A stretch of DNA of 62,351 nt from Lachnospiraceae bacterium (GCA_022773965.1 JALFNQ010000198.1:1-62351), one strand, 5' to 3'; positions 20,764-30,503 are shown, counted from the stretch's first letter. Numbers and translations: made by a program. Notes: generated by a model not told the origin, from the sequence alone.

Positions 20764-21531
20764 ATGCTTGCAGCAGAAAGACGCAATGAGATATTAACGC
20801 TTCTAAAGGAAGAGGGTCGGGTCATTGTTGCTGACCTGAGTAAGAAATACGGGGTGACGGAAGAGACGATCCGGAGGGATCTGGAAAAACTGGAGCATGA
20901 TGGATTTGCAGAGCGCACTTATGGCGGAGCTGTCGTGAAGGGAAGCGAGCGGGATGAGATTCCTTTTTTAGGGCGCAAGCGTGAGAATATCGAAGCAAAG
21001 ATAAAGATTGCCGCAAAATTAGCAGAAATGATCCACGATGGGGATCGTATGATGCTGGATGCCAGTACGACCGCATTGTTTGTGGCAAAACAGATCAAGG
21101 ATAAAAAAAACCTGACGGTGATCACAAATTCCATTGAGATCCTGCTGGAGCTTTCAGATGTGCAGGGTTGGAAGGTGCTCTCTACCGGAGGGATTCTGAA
21201 AGGAACTGGATTATCCTTGCTTGGACATCAGGCGGAACAGATGGTCGATCATTTTTTTGTGGATCAGGCGATCGTCTCCTGCAAGGGCGTGGATCTGAGG
21301 AAGGGATTTACCGATTCCAGCGAGCAGGATGCCGGAGTCAGAAAGCGGATGTTATGCTCTGCGACAAAACGTATGATGGCAGTTGACAATGCCAAGTTCA
21401 ATCATATATCATTTACACAGATCGCTGATTTTTCAGGAATTGATGTTTTAGTTACAGATAAAAAACTTACGCCGGAGTGGGAAAATCACTTGTGGCAGAG
21501 TAATGTGGAGATCATATATACAGATGAATAA
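20764..21531 (+). CDS. DeoR/GlpR family transcriptional regulator
   Basis: ERR..IL...V..LS..YGVTEETIRRDL; LDASTT; VITNS. Confidence 0.93.
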   Translation: MLAAERRNEILTLLKEEGRVIVADLSKKYGVTEETIRRDLEKLEHDGFAERTYGGAVVKGSERDEIPFLGRKRENIEAKIKIAAKLAEMIHDGDRMMLDASTTALFVAKQIKDKKNLTVITNSIEILLELSDVQGWKVLSTGGILKGTGLSLLGHQAEQMVDHFFVDQAIVSCKGVDLRKGFTDSSEQDAGVRKRMLCSATKRMMAVDNAKFNHISFTQIADFSGIDVLVTDKKLTPEWENHLWQSNVEIIYTDE

Positions 21532-22474
21532 AGATAACACGTATTATTTTATTGTAAATGGAAATGCCGGAGCAGGCAGAAAAAAGAATATTTGGAAGTA
21601 TGTCTTAAAACCGGAGCTGATCCGGCGTGGCGTGCATTATCATGAGTATGAATGCTCATATCCGGGGCATGCTACGAAGATTGCCGGTCAGCTCATGATA
21701 GAGCATGCAGGTGAATTGATACTGGTCGTTGTAGGTGGAGATGGTACGTTTAATGAGGTATTGAATGGAATTTCTGATTATACACGTGTGATCCTTGGTT
21801 ATATCCCGGCAGGATCTGCCAATGACCTGGGCTACTCACTTGGGATATCAGCGGATCCGTTACGCGCTTTGAAACGGATTTTAGATGGTGGCCGGATCTA
21901 TGAGATGGATCTGGGCAAGACGACATTTCATCAGGATCGGACGAGCAGGTATTTTGCGATCAGTTCAGGAATAGGCTTGGATGCAGAGGCATGCAGGCAT
22001 GCAGGTGGAAGGCTAAAGGCGGTTTTGAACCGGATTCATCTTGGAAAGCTGATCTATATGATCAATACGGTGCGTCTGGTTCTTTCTTATCCTACGACAG
22101 ATGGAAAACTGGTGTTTATGAACGAAAGAGGACAATTGACAGAGCGCAGAGTGCATCGCCTGTTTTTTGTTGCAGGTATGAATCAGCCCTTCGAGGGTGG
22201 ACATCTGCCGATGGCATCCGGTGCAAAGTCCAATGATGGTAAGCTTTCTTTTGCAATGGCATATGATCTCACGAATGTGAAAGCACTCTTTAGCCTGGCG
22301 TTCTTGGCGTTAAACATGCATGAGCGGATTCCGGGCTATGAAGTGGTGGATGCCCGGGCGTGCCATATGATGTTAAAGGATAATCTGGAAGTACATACGG
22401 ATGGAGAGACATTTGGTGGAAAATGGGACATTACCATTGAATGTCTGCCGAAAAAGCTGCAGATTCTTCTTTGA
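21524..22474 (+). CDS. Diacylglycerol/lipid kinase family protein (YegS-like)
   Basis: IVN..AG, GGDGTFNEV.NG, IPAGSANDL, HTDGE. Confidence 0.9.
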   Translation: MNKDNTYYFIVNGNAGAGRKKNIWKYVLKPELIRRGVHYHEYECSYPGHATKIAGQLMIEHAGELILVVVGGDGTFNEVLNGISDYTRVILGYIPAGSANDLGYSLGISADPLRALKRILDGGRIYEMDLGKTTFHQDRTSRYFAISSGIGLDAEACRHAGGRLKAVLNRIHLGKLIYMINTVRLVLSYPTTDGKLVFMNERGQLTERRVHRLFFVAGMNQPFEGGHLPMASGAKSNDGKLSFAMAYDLTNVKALFSLAFLALNMHERIPGYEVVDARACHMMLKDNLEVHTDGETFGGKWDITIECLPKKLQILL

Positions 22475-22495
22475 AAAACAGGACAAAAAACAGGA

Positions 22496-22522
22496 ATAAA
22501 GAAAACTCTCCTTTCATACTAT
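22496..22522 (+). promoter_or_regulatory. Putative sigma-E promoter of spoIVA
   Basis: ATA-16 nt-CATACTAT, close to the sigma-E consensus; spoIVA is an established sigma-E target. Confidence 0.5.
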
Positions 22523-22593
22523 CTATTATAGCTTGAATCTATGTAACGGCGCTGTGAGCCGGATTCGAATAGTAGAAGGGGGAGTTTATTTTT

Positions 22594-24081
22594 ATGTCTG
22601 ATATTTTACGTGCAGAGTATAACCTGTATAAGGACATCCGCGACAGAACCGGAGGAGAGATCTACATAGGCGTTGTGGGCGCTGTTCGTACTGGAAAATC
22701 AACGTTTATCAAACGTTTTATGGAATTGATGGTATTGCCGAATCTATCGGATGATCATGAAAAAGAGCGGTTGCGTGATGAGCTTCCGCAGGCGGCAACC
22801 GGAAAGGTTGTGATGACCACAGAACCGAAATTCATACCAAAGGATGCTGCGCAGATCCGGGTGGCGGAGGAGCTGGATATCAAGGTGCGCATGATCGACT
22901 GTGTCGGGTATATGATCGATGGAGCCAGCGGTCACATGGAGGACGGAAAAGAGCGGATGGTGAAAACACCCTGGTTCCCGGAGGAGATACCATTTACGCA
23001 GGCAGCGGAGCTTGGTACGCAGAAAGTGATCCGGGATCATTCAACGATCGGCATTGTGATGACAACGGATGGATCGATCACGGATATTCCAAGGGAGTCC
23101 TATGAACCGGCGGAGCGCCGCACGGTAGAAGAATTGAAAAAGAGCGGAAAACCGTTTCTTATCATTCTGAACACAAATAAGCCTTATAGTGAGAGTTCCA
23201 AAGCACTGGCAAATCAGTTGATGGAACAGTATCAGGTGGCGGTGCTGCCACTGAATTGTGATCAACTGCATATGGAGGATGTAAACCGGATCTTAGAGGA
23301 GATCTTATATGAATTTCCGGTGAGTCAGCTGGAATTTTATCTGCCGAAGTGGGTGGATGTGCTGGAGATCGACCATCCGATCAAACAGCGGTTATTTGCG
23401 CACGCAAAGGAATTGTTAGAGAAGGTTACAAATGTCAGGGATTTCAAGTCACTGGTTCTTCCAGAGCCGGATGAGTATGTGAAGGAAATCCGAAAAGAAG
23501 GTGTGCGGTTGTCTGACGGTGTTGGTACATTTCGCATGGAGGTGGATGATCGCTATTATTATGAGAATATCAGCCGCATGGCGGGAATCACTGTCAATGA
23601 TGAGTATGAATTGATCGCGCTGGTACGGGAGCTTTCTGAAAAGAAACAGGAGTACGAAAAGGTTGCCGATGCGATACGTTCTGTGAAAATGCGTGGTTAT
23701 GGTGTCGTTACTCCAACGCTTTCCGATATCAACATGGAGGAACCGCAGCTTATGAAGCACGGGAGCAAGTATGGTGTGCGCATGAAGGCCAGTTCACCCT
23801 CTATTCACATGATCCGGGCGAATATTGAGACGGAGATCGCACCGATCGTGGGCAGTGAGGAACAGGCAAAGGATCTGATCAGCTATATCAAGGCGGGAAA
23901 AACAGATGACGGAGGTGTCTGGAATACGAATATTTTCGGAAAGACGGTTGGTGAGCTGATGGAGGATGGGATTCGCAGCAAGATCAGCCGTATGGACGAT
24001 GAATGTCAGATGAAGCTGCAGGACACGATGCAGAAGGTAGTCAATGATAATAATGGCGGACTGGTGTGTATTATCTTGTAG
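22594..24081 (+). CDS. spoIVA: Stage IV sporulation protein A
   Basis: YIGVVG.VRTGKSTFIKRFM, RDELPQ, TTEPKF.P, C-terminal GGLVCIIL. Confidence 0.97.
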   Translation: MSDILRAEYNLYKDIRDRTGGEIYIGVVGAVRTGKSTFIKRFMELMVLPNLSDDHEKERLRDELPQAATGKVVMTTEPKFIPKDAAQIRVAEELDIKVRMIDCVGYMIDGASGHMEDGKERMVKTPWFPEEIPFTQAAELGTQKVIRDHSTIGIVMTTDGSITDIPRESYEPAERRTVEELKKSGKPFLIILNTNKPYSESSKALANQLMEQYQVAVLPLNCDQLHMEDVNRILEEILYEFPVSQLEFYLPKWVDVLEIDHPIKQRLFAHAKELLEKVTNVRDFKSLVLPEPDEYVKEIRKEGVRLSDGVGTFRMEVDDRYYYENISRMAGITVNDEYELIALVRELSEKKQEYEKVADAIRSVKMRGYGVVTPTLSDINMEEPQLMKHGSKYGVRMKASSPSIHMIRANIETEIAPIVGSEEQAKDLISYIKAGKTDDGGVWNTNIFGKTVGELMEDGIRSKISRMDDECQMKLQDTMQKVVNDNNGGLVCIIL

Positions 24082-24169
24082 TGTGTGCAGATGAATGAAA
24101 TCTTGTGTGTTTGGAAGGAATGATATGGTTGCAATTTGGACTGGGATCTGGAATGTAACGCAGTATTGG

Positions 24170-24208
24170 CAAGCCGGAGGAGACGAGAGCTCCACGGCTT
24201 GTTTTTTT
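24170..24208 (+). terminator. Intrinsic terminator after spoIVA
   Basis: AAGCCG...CGGCTT stem followed by GTTTTTTT. Confidence 0.6.
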
Positions 24209-24249
24209 GCAGGAAGACAGGTATAATGGGGACACTTGGAGGAAAAGTA

Positions 24250-25563
24250 ATGAATGTAAGAAAACAATTTGCAAAATATGTCTCACAAAATATATTCGGG
24301 ATGATCGGTATATCGCTGTATATTCTGGCGGATACTTTTTTTATTTCACAGGCAGTGGGTGCGGACGGTATCACGGCACTGAATCTTGTGCTGCCGTTAT
24401 ATAGTGTGATCTTTGCCATCGGTCAGATGATCGGCGTGGGCAGTGCGATCCGGTTTGCGGTGGAGAAGGGACAAAACCGCTCCAGGAAATACCCGTGGTT
24501 TTCCAATGCGTTGATCTGGACAACGATCCTTGGCACAGTATTTATGGTGACCGGTTTTCTGTTCCCGGAGCAGCTGGTGGCGTTGATGGGAGGTGATGCG
24601 TCCATCGTTGCGGTGGGAGCTCCGTATACCCGGATTTTTATGAGCTTTTCCATCTTTTTTATGTGGAATCATGTGTGCAATGCATTTGTGCGTAACGATG
24701 GCGCTCCTACGGTAGCGATGGCTGCAACACTGTTTAGCAGCCTGTTCAACATCGTATTTGACTATGTACTCATGTATCCGTTGCATATGGGTATGGAGGG
24801 GGCGGCGCTGGCTACGGCCTGTTCGCCTATCGTGGGCGTGCTCATCTGCCTTGTGCATATCCTGTCAAAAAAATCCACGCTGCGTTTTCACTTTGTGAAA
24901 CCGGATGTTGGAAGGCTCTGCCAGGCGTGTCAGCTGGGCGTATCCGCGTTTGTCGGTGAGATGTCCTCCGGGGTGACAACGATGGCGTTTAATTATCTGA
25001 TTCTGGATCTTGCAGGAAATACGGGAGTCGCAGCGTATGGTGTAGTGGCAAATCTGGCAATCGTGGCAGTGGCGATGTTCAATGGCATTGCGCAGGGTTC
25101 CCAGCCGCTGATCAGTGATTACTATGGCAGGAATGAGCGTAGTCTGATCCGTCGCGTGATCCGAATGGGCTTGTGGCTGTCGCTTCTGTTCGCAGTGCTG
25201 ATCGTGTTTATTGTCTGGAGGTTTGCGGCACCGATCACAGCAGTTTTTAACAAGGCAGATGATCCGGCGCTGGCAGCGTATGCACAGTCAGGCCTGCGGC
25301 TGTATATGACCGGATTTTTCTTTGCAGGATGGAATATTGTAGGTACGTCCGTGCTCAGCGCGATGGAACAGGCAAGAGCTGCCTTTGCAGCGTCTATGCT
25401 GCGGGGATTTGTGCTGATCCTGCTCTGTGCCTTTGCGATGGCGGCATTGTTTGGAATGACAGGTGTATGGCTGGCATATCCGGCGGCGGAGGCGTTGACG
25501 CTGGTGGTGACATTTACAGGATTGTGGAAAGTGTTGCGGGTGGGGACTGAGCAGGGCACGTAG
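24250..25563 (+). CDS. MATE family efflux transporter
   Basis: ADTFFI...G..GITALNL, FVRNDG.P, NIVFDY, GMEGAALAT; about 12 TM; ATG 24250 after GGAGG. Confidence 0.92.
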   Translation: MNVRKQFAKYVSQNIFGMIGISLYILADTFFISQAVGADGITALNLVLPLYSVIFAIGQMIGVGSAIRFAVEKGQNRSRKYPWFSNALIWTTILGTVFMVTGFLFPEQLVALMGGDASIVAVGAPYTRIFMSFSIFFMWNHVCNAFVRNDGAPTVAMAATLFSSLFNIVFDYVLMYPLHMGMEGAALATACSPIVGVLICLVHILSKKSTLRFHFVKPDVGRLCQACQLGVSAFVGEMSSGVTTMAFNYLILDLAGNTGVAAYGVVANLAIVAVAMFNGIAQGSQPLISDYYGRNERSLIRRVIRMGLWLSLLFAVLIVFIVWRFAAPITAVFNKADDPALAAYAQSGLRLYMTGFFFAGWNIVGTSVLSAMEQARAAFAASMLRGFVLILLCAFAMAALFGMTGVWLAYPAAEALTLVVTFTGLWKVLRVGTEQGT

Positions 25564-25599
25564 CCTACAGTACATGCTGGTTATTGTGTGAAAAGCAAC
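25557..25599 (-). repeat. Structured repeat, type A, partial inverted copy overlapping the MATE stop codon
   Basis: CACGTAGCCTACAGTACATGCTGGTTATTGTGTGAAAAGCAAC aligns with 45928-45970. Confidence 0.75.
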
Positions 25600-25718
25600 C
25601 GAACGATTCGATATGTGTGGGACATGAGAAGAACACATATGGAAAAAAGTCCGATATGTGTGATGCTTGAGAAAATGCCTGCTGTGCGCGGGCTGCGAAG
25701 GAAGAGAGAATTGGGGAT

Positions 25719-26324
25719 ATGAAACGTATGACAAAAATGATTTTAATTGTGATCGGTATCATGATTCTGATGGGGACAGCACTTGCTGCTGCGGCAATGA
25801 TCGCGATCCATCAGGGCGCGAAGGGACAGACTGTGGCAGAGGATACTCCGGCAGTGGTATTGGGCTGTCATGTCAGGGACGGGCGGCCCAGCCGCATTCT
25901 GGGTGAGCGGATCGATGCCGCCTATGAGTATCTTTGTAGTCACCCGAAGGCGATCGCCGTGCTCTCCGGCGGTCAGGGAGAGGACGAATCGATCTCTGAA
26001 GCAGAGTGTATGTACCGGGAGCTGACGGCGCGCGGCATCGATGGCAGCCGTCTCTATAAAGAGGAGTCCTCCGTAAATACACCGACAAATCTGCGCCAGT
26101 CGCGCATTATTTTGGAGGAGGCGCTGGGCGCGGACAGCACATGGACAGAAAAACATGAGATCGCACTCATCACCAGTGAATTTCATTGTTACCGTGGTTG
26201 TCTGCACGCAAAGCAGGAGGGATTAAAGCCTGTGGCATATGCCTCAAAAACGGCAATACCCTATGTGATCCCTTTTTATGTGAGGGAGATTGCAGCGGTG
26301 GTGTACACGTGGTTCTTCAGGTGA
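25719..26324 (+). CDS. YdcF/DUF218 (ElyC/SanA) family protein with N-terminal anchor
   Basis: VVLG, SGGQG.DE..SEA, EE.S.NT..NL, TSEFH..R. Confidence 0.88.
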   Translation: MKRMTKMILIVIGIMILMGTALAAAAMIAIHQGAKGQTVAEDTPAVVLGCHVRDGRPSRILGERIDAAYEYLCSHPKAIAVLSGGQGEDESISEAECMYRELTARGIDGSRLYKEESSVNTPTNLRQSRIILEEALGADSTWTEKHEIALITSEFHCYRGCLHAKQEGLKPVAYASKTAIPYVIPFYVREIAAVVYTWFFR

Positions 26325-26403
26325 GGAAAAAACACTGTGACCTTGCTTCTTGCCTTTTATTTTGGTAAAATATTAGATAATTCTTTTCAAAGGAGACGTT
26401 ATC

Positions 26404-27237
26404 ATGAACGAAGTATATGAAAAATTAGTAAAATGCTACGAAAGCGTAAAGGCAAAGGTTGATTTTACACCGGATGTGGCGCTGATCTTAGGCTCCGGCC
26501 TGGGCGATTATGCAGAACAGATTGACGTGGTCGCAACGCTGGATTATAAAGAGATCGAAGGTTTTCCCGTGTCAACGGTTCCGCTTCACAAGGGACGTTT
26601 TGTGTTTGGTTATGTGGAGGGTGTGCCCGTGGTGATCATGCAGGGCCGCGTGCACTATTATGAGGGATATCCCATGACAGATGTGGTGCTGCCGACCCGT
26701 CTGATGAAGATGATGGGCGCAAAAGTGCTGTTCCTTACAAACGCATCCGGCGGTATCAAACAGGGCTTCCACGCGGGCGATTTTATGTTGATCAAGGATC
26801 ACATTTCCTGTTTTGTACCCTCACCGTTACTCGGTGCGAATATTGAGGAGCTGGGAACACGTTTTCCGGATATGAGTCATGTGTATGACGAGGATCTGCA
26901 GCAGATCGTGAAGAAAGCAGCCTGCGACCTTGGCATCAATTTAAAAGAGGGCGTGTATGTACAGCTCACCGGTCCTGCCTACGAGACACCGGCAGAGATC
27001 AATATGTGCCGTATGATGGGGGCGGATGCAGTGGGTATGTCCACGGCATGTGAGGCACAGGCAGCGAAACATATGGGCATGAAGGTGGTCGGTGTCTCCT
27101 GTATTTCCAACCTTGCAGCAGGCATTTCACCGAAGCCGCTGACCCATGCAGAGATCACAGAGACAGCGGACGCAGTCGCACCGATGTTCAAGCAGCTGCT
27201 GACTGAGACGATCAAGGGTATCGCAAAGACGTTGTAG
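26404..27237 (+). CDS. punA: Purine nucleoside phosphorylase (trimeric type)
   Basis: ILGSGLG, QGRVHYYEGY, LTNASGG, GPAYETPAE, DAVGMST. Confidence 0.93.
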   Translation: MNEVYEKLVKCYESVKAKVDFTPDVALILGSGLGDYAEQIDVVATLDYKEIEGFPVSTVPLHKGRFVFGYVEGVPVVIMQGRVHYYEGYPMTDVVLPTRLMKMMGAKVLFLTNASGGIKQGFHAGDFMLIKDHISCFVPSPLLGANIEELGTRFPDMSHVYDEDLQQIVKKAACDLGINLKEGVYVQLTGPAYETPAEINMCRMMGADAVGMSTACEAQAAKHMGMKVVGVSCISNLAAGISPKPLTHAEITETADAVAPMFKQLLTETIKGIAKTL

Positions 27238-27238
27238 A

Positions 27239-27346
27239 GATAATTGAGAAACGCAATCATAACGTGAACAGGGAATACGAGAGCGTGTTCGCCATATATG
27301 TGCTCGAATGACCCTCAAACGCGATGTAAACAGTTTCGCAATTATC
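27239..27346. repeat. 108-bp nested inverted-repeat element (MITE/REP-like)
   Basis: Terminal IR GATAATTGAGAAAC / GTTTCGCAATTATC (13/14) with further nested pairings. Confidence 0.6.
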
Positions 27347-27382
27347 CAAAGAAGCTTTGAGGATAAAGGAGAAAATAAACGA

Positions 27383-28687
27383 ATGAATGTACGTTTTTAC
27401 AATGCAAAGATCCTCTGTTTAAAGGATGATGCAAAGCGTGAATATCAGATCATAGAGGGAGAATTGTGGGTGCGCGGTGATTCCATCGCCTACATCGGTG
27501 ATGGCAGTGATACCGGGCATGTCTTGCAGCCTGGCGAGGTGATCCTGTGGGATCGCGAGATCGATGCCAGCGGGAAGCTGATCCTTTCCGGATTTAAAAA
27601 TGCACATACACATACAGCCATGACGTTTCTGCGGTCTTTTGCGGATGATCTTCCGCTTCAAAGCTGGCTGTTTGATCAGGTATTTCCCAGAGAGGGACAG
27701 CTTACGGAGGATGACTGCTATTGGCTGAATATTTTAGGAATTATGGAGTATCTGACCAGCGGTATTACTTCTAATTTTGATATGTACTTTTTCCCGCCGG
27801 TAGATGCGAAGGCTTCGGCGGATACCGGATTTCGGACGGTGCAGACAAGTGGGCTGAACAATTTTGGCGGAACCGTGGAACTCATGGAAGAAAACTATCA
27901 TATCGTCAATGAGATGAGTGATCTGACCAGCTTTATTGTGGGATTTCATGCGGAATATACAACCTCTATGGAATTGATGGAGGGTGTTGCAAAGCTGGCT
28001 CAGAAGCTGAAAAGTCCGGTCTTTTTGCATAATTCCGAGACAAAGTCAGAGGTGGAGGAGTGTATTGGCCGTTGGGGCAAGACACCGACACAGCTGACGG
28101 AGGATCTGGGGATGTATACTTACGGTGGCGGCGGCTATCACTGTGTATGGATGGAAGACGCAGATTTTGAGATCTTCAAAAAGCGCGGGCTGACCGCAGT
28201 GACCAATCCGGCTTCTAACCTGAAGCTGGCGAGCGGTATCGCGCCCATCAGCCGTTATCTCTCCGAAGGCATCCCGGTGGCGATCGGAACCGACGGACCG
28301 GCCAGCAACAATTGTCTGGACATGTTCCGTGAGATGTTCCTGACGACAGCACTGGCAAAGGTAAAGGACATGGATGCGGCAGCAGTGCCTGCCAACGAGG
28401 TGCTCTACATGGCGACAACCGCTGGCGCACGGGCGATGGGACTTCCTGACTGTGATGATCTGGCAGTCGGCAAAAAGGCGGATCTGACAATGATCGATCT
28501 CATGCAGCCTAATATGCAGCCGGAAAACAATCTGGTGAAAAATCTCGTTTACAGCGGCAGCAAGCAGAATGTGGCAATGACGATGGTCAACGGACGCATT
28601 CTTTATGAGGGCGGTGTGTTTGATATTGGCTTTGATCCGAAAGAGATCTATGCAAAGGCGAATGCTATCATCGGAAGAATGAAATAA
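27383..28687 (+). CDS. Amidohydrolase, MTA/SAH deaminase-like
   Basis: N.HTH..M...R..ADDLPL..WL, H.SET, NP.SNLKLASG, GTDGPASNN; ATG 27383 after AAGGAG. Confidence 0.85.
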   Translation: MNVRFYNAKILCLKDDAKREYQIIEGELWVRGDSIAYIGDGSDTGHVLQPGEVILWDREIDASGKLILSGFKNAHTHTAMTFLRSFADDLPLQSWLFDQVFPREGQLTEDDCYWLNILGIMEYLTSGITSNFDMYFFPPVDAKASADTGFRTVQTSGLNNFGGTVELMEENYHIVNEMSDLTSFIVGFHAEYTTSMELMEGVAKLAQKLKSPVFLHNSETKSEVEECIGRWGKTPTQLTEDLGMYTYGGGGYHCVWMEDADFEIFKKRGLTAVTNPASNLKLASGIAPISRYLSEGIPVAIGTDGPASNNCLDMFREMFLTTALAKVKDMDAAAVPANEVLYMATTAGARAMGLPDCDDLAVGKKADLTMIDLMQPNMQPENNLVKNLVYSGSKQNVAMTMVNGRILYEGGVFDIGFDPKEIYAKANAIIGRMK

Positions 28688-28750
28688 TATTGAATCAAAT
28701 GTTTTTTCCAAAATCGTTTTGAATATCATAGTTTTAGAGGTAAAAAGAGC

Positions 28751-29503
28751 ATGAATGTATTATTTATTCACCACAGCTGCTTTGTGGTAGAGCTGGATAC
28801 AAAGGTGCTGGTGTTTGACTATTTTAACGGAGACCGGGTGAACGGTTATCATTTTAGTGGAAAGCTTCCTATCTATGATGCGGACACGCCGATGTATTTT
28901 TTCGCCAGCCACAAGCATCAGGATCATTTCGATATGGACATTTACCGGTTTGCGGAGCGCTATGAGAACATTCATTATGTCATTTCCAGGGATGCGAAGC
29001 TGAGTCCGAATTTTTTGAAAAAGCACGGAATAGATCCTTCCATTCGGGAGAAGATCACTTATGTCACCAATAATGAGGAATATGTTGTGGATGATATGAA
29101 GATCCGCACATATTTGTCCACAGATGCGGGTGTGGCATTCGCAGTGGAGGCTGATGGAAAACATATCTATCACGCAGGCGATCTGCACAACTGGACCTGG
29201 GAGGGTGCAGGCGATCTGGTGAACGGTAAGATGGAGCGCGGTTATAAGTATCAGATCGGGCAGATGGCGGATACTTATTTTGACGCGGCATTCGTGGTGC
29301 TGGATCCGAGGCTGGAACAGCATAAGTTCAAGGGTTTTGATTACTTTTTGAAAAACGTGTCCGCAAAATATGTGTTCCCGATGCATTGCTGGCAGGAGTT
29401 CGGCATCATTGATGAATATCTGAGCCGTATCTCAAATCCGGCATTTACAGGGCGGATCATGCGTATCGAGCATGAAAATCAGTATTTTGAAGATTTAGAG
29501 TAG
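28751..29503 (+). CDS. MBL-fold metallo-hydrolase
   Basis: HSCF, SHKHQDH, YHAGDL, FPMH. Confidence 0.88.
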   Translation: MNVLFIHHSCFVVELDTKVLVFDYFNGDRVNGYHFSGKLPIYDADTPMYFFASHKHQDHFDMDIYRFAERYENIHYVISRDAKLSPNFLKKHGIDPSIREKITYVTNNEEYVVDDMKIRTYLSTDAGVAFAVEADGKHIYHAGDLHNWTWEGAGDLVNGKMERGYKYQIGQMADTYFDAAFVVLDPRLEQHKFKGFDYFLKNVSAKYVFPMHCWQEFGIIDEYLSRISNPAFTGRIMRIEHENQYFEDLE

Positions 29504-29511
29504 AAACAGGT

Positions 29512-29553
29512 CGAAGACGATTTTCATGGATTTTTGCAGCAGACTTCTGAAGG
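29512..29553 (+). repeat. Partial copy of the repeat variant seen at 57879-57968 (minus strand)
   Basis: AAGACGATTTTCATGGATTTTTGCAGCAGACTTCTGAAGG versus AAGACGATGTTCATGGATTTTTGCATCAGAACTGTGAAGG. Confidence 0.65.
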
Positions 29554-29565
29554 AAGTGAGGAATT

Positions 29566-30054
29566 ATGAAGGTAACAATATTTACGGATGGGGCAGCCAG
29601 AGGCAACCCCGATGGCCCCGGTGGTTACGGGGTGATTCTCCGGTATGTGGACAGTAAGGGTGCGGTACACGAGAAGGAACTGTCTGCCGGCTATAAAAAA
29701 ACGACAAACAACCGTATGGAGCTGATGGCAGCGATCCGTGGACTGCAGCAGTTAAATCGCCCCTGCGAGGTGGATCTGTACTCGGATTCCAAATATCTGA
29801 CGGATGCTTTTAACCAGAGGTGGATTGACGGCTGGCAGAAACGCGGCTGGATCAAATCGGACAAAAAGCCGGTGAAAAACATTGATCTTTGGAAGGCATT
29901 GCTGGCGGCGATGGAACCGCATACTGTGCACTTTATCTGGGTGAAGGGGCATGACGGACATCCGGAAAATGAACGGTGTGACCAGCTGGCAACGAGCGCG
30001 GCGGATGGCACAGGGCTTCTGGATGATGTGGAACTGTTACTTTTCACACAGTAG
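29566..30054 (+). CDS. rnhA: Ribonuclease HI
   Basis: [43 protein letters not shown]. Confidence 0.96.
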   Translation: MKVTIFTDGAARGNPDGPGGYGVILRYVDSKGAVHEKELSAGYKKTTNNRMELMAAIRGLQQLNRPCEVDLYSDSKYLTDAFNQRWIDGWQKRGWIKSDKKPVKNIDLWKALLAAMEPHTVHFIWVKGHDGHPENERCDQLATSAADGTGLLDDVELLLFTQ

Positions 30055-30179
30055 CCAGCATTTACTGCGGGCTACGTGGCAAAAACGTACATAAGCCATG
30101 AATTTGGCGATTTTGCATGCGAAGCATCGCCAAATTCGTTACAATTCACAGGTCAGCTGGCTGACGTGTGAATTGCAAC
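30036..30179 (+). repeat. Structured repeat, type A, full-length 144-bp copy
   Basis: GTTAC...GCAAC ends; hairpins GTAGCC/GGCTAC, GAATTTGGCGAT/ATCGCCAAATTC, GTTACAATTCACA/TGTGAATTGCAAC; matches other copies in the window. Confidence 0.92.
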
Positions 30180-30321
30180 GTGGAACTTGTGTGAGACAAT
30201 GATTTTTGAACGGTTGCACTTTACAGACAGAAAATGCTGGATTATAATAAAGTGTTGGAAAATGTGAGTTGTAAATTGGCGAAACAGTTATAAGAGTTGA
30301 TAAAAACAGGAGGTTTTTACT

Positions 30322-30471
30322 ATGATCGCGATTTTGGAAAGCTTTTTACAATATTTGATCATCATGATTCTTTTGGCGGCAATCGGTGTTGCAGGTGCTT
30401 TTGCAGGAAAAAAACTGCGTGAGCGCAAGGATGCCAAGACAGCTGCTATGACTGCGGAAGATAAGCAGTGA
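30322..30471 (+). CDS. Small single-TM protein, 49 aa (absent from the ORF track)
   Basis: AGGAGG RBS; MIAILESFLQYLIIMILLAAIGVAGAFAGKKLRERKDAKTAAMTAEDKQ*; hydrophobic segment followed by a basic tail. Confidence 0.8.
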   Translation: MIAILESFLQYLIIMILLAAIGVAGAFAGKKLRERKDAKTAAMTAEDKQ

Positions 30472-30503
30472 AACATACATCTATATGATTTGGAGGAAAC
30501 ACA

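Noticed and set aside
24127-24160. GTTGCAATTT...GAATGTAAC as a collapsed type A terminal hairpin
   Set aside because: Similarity is short and gapped and could be chance
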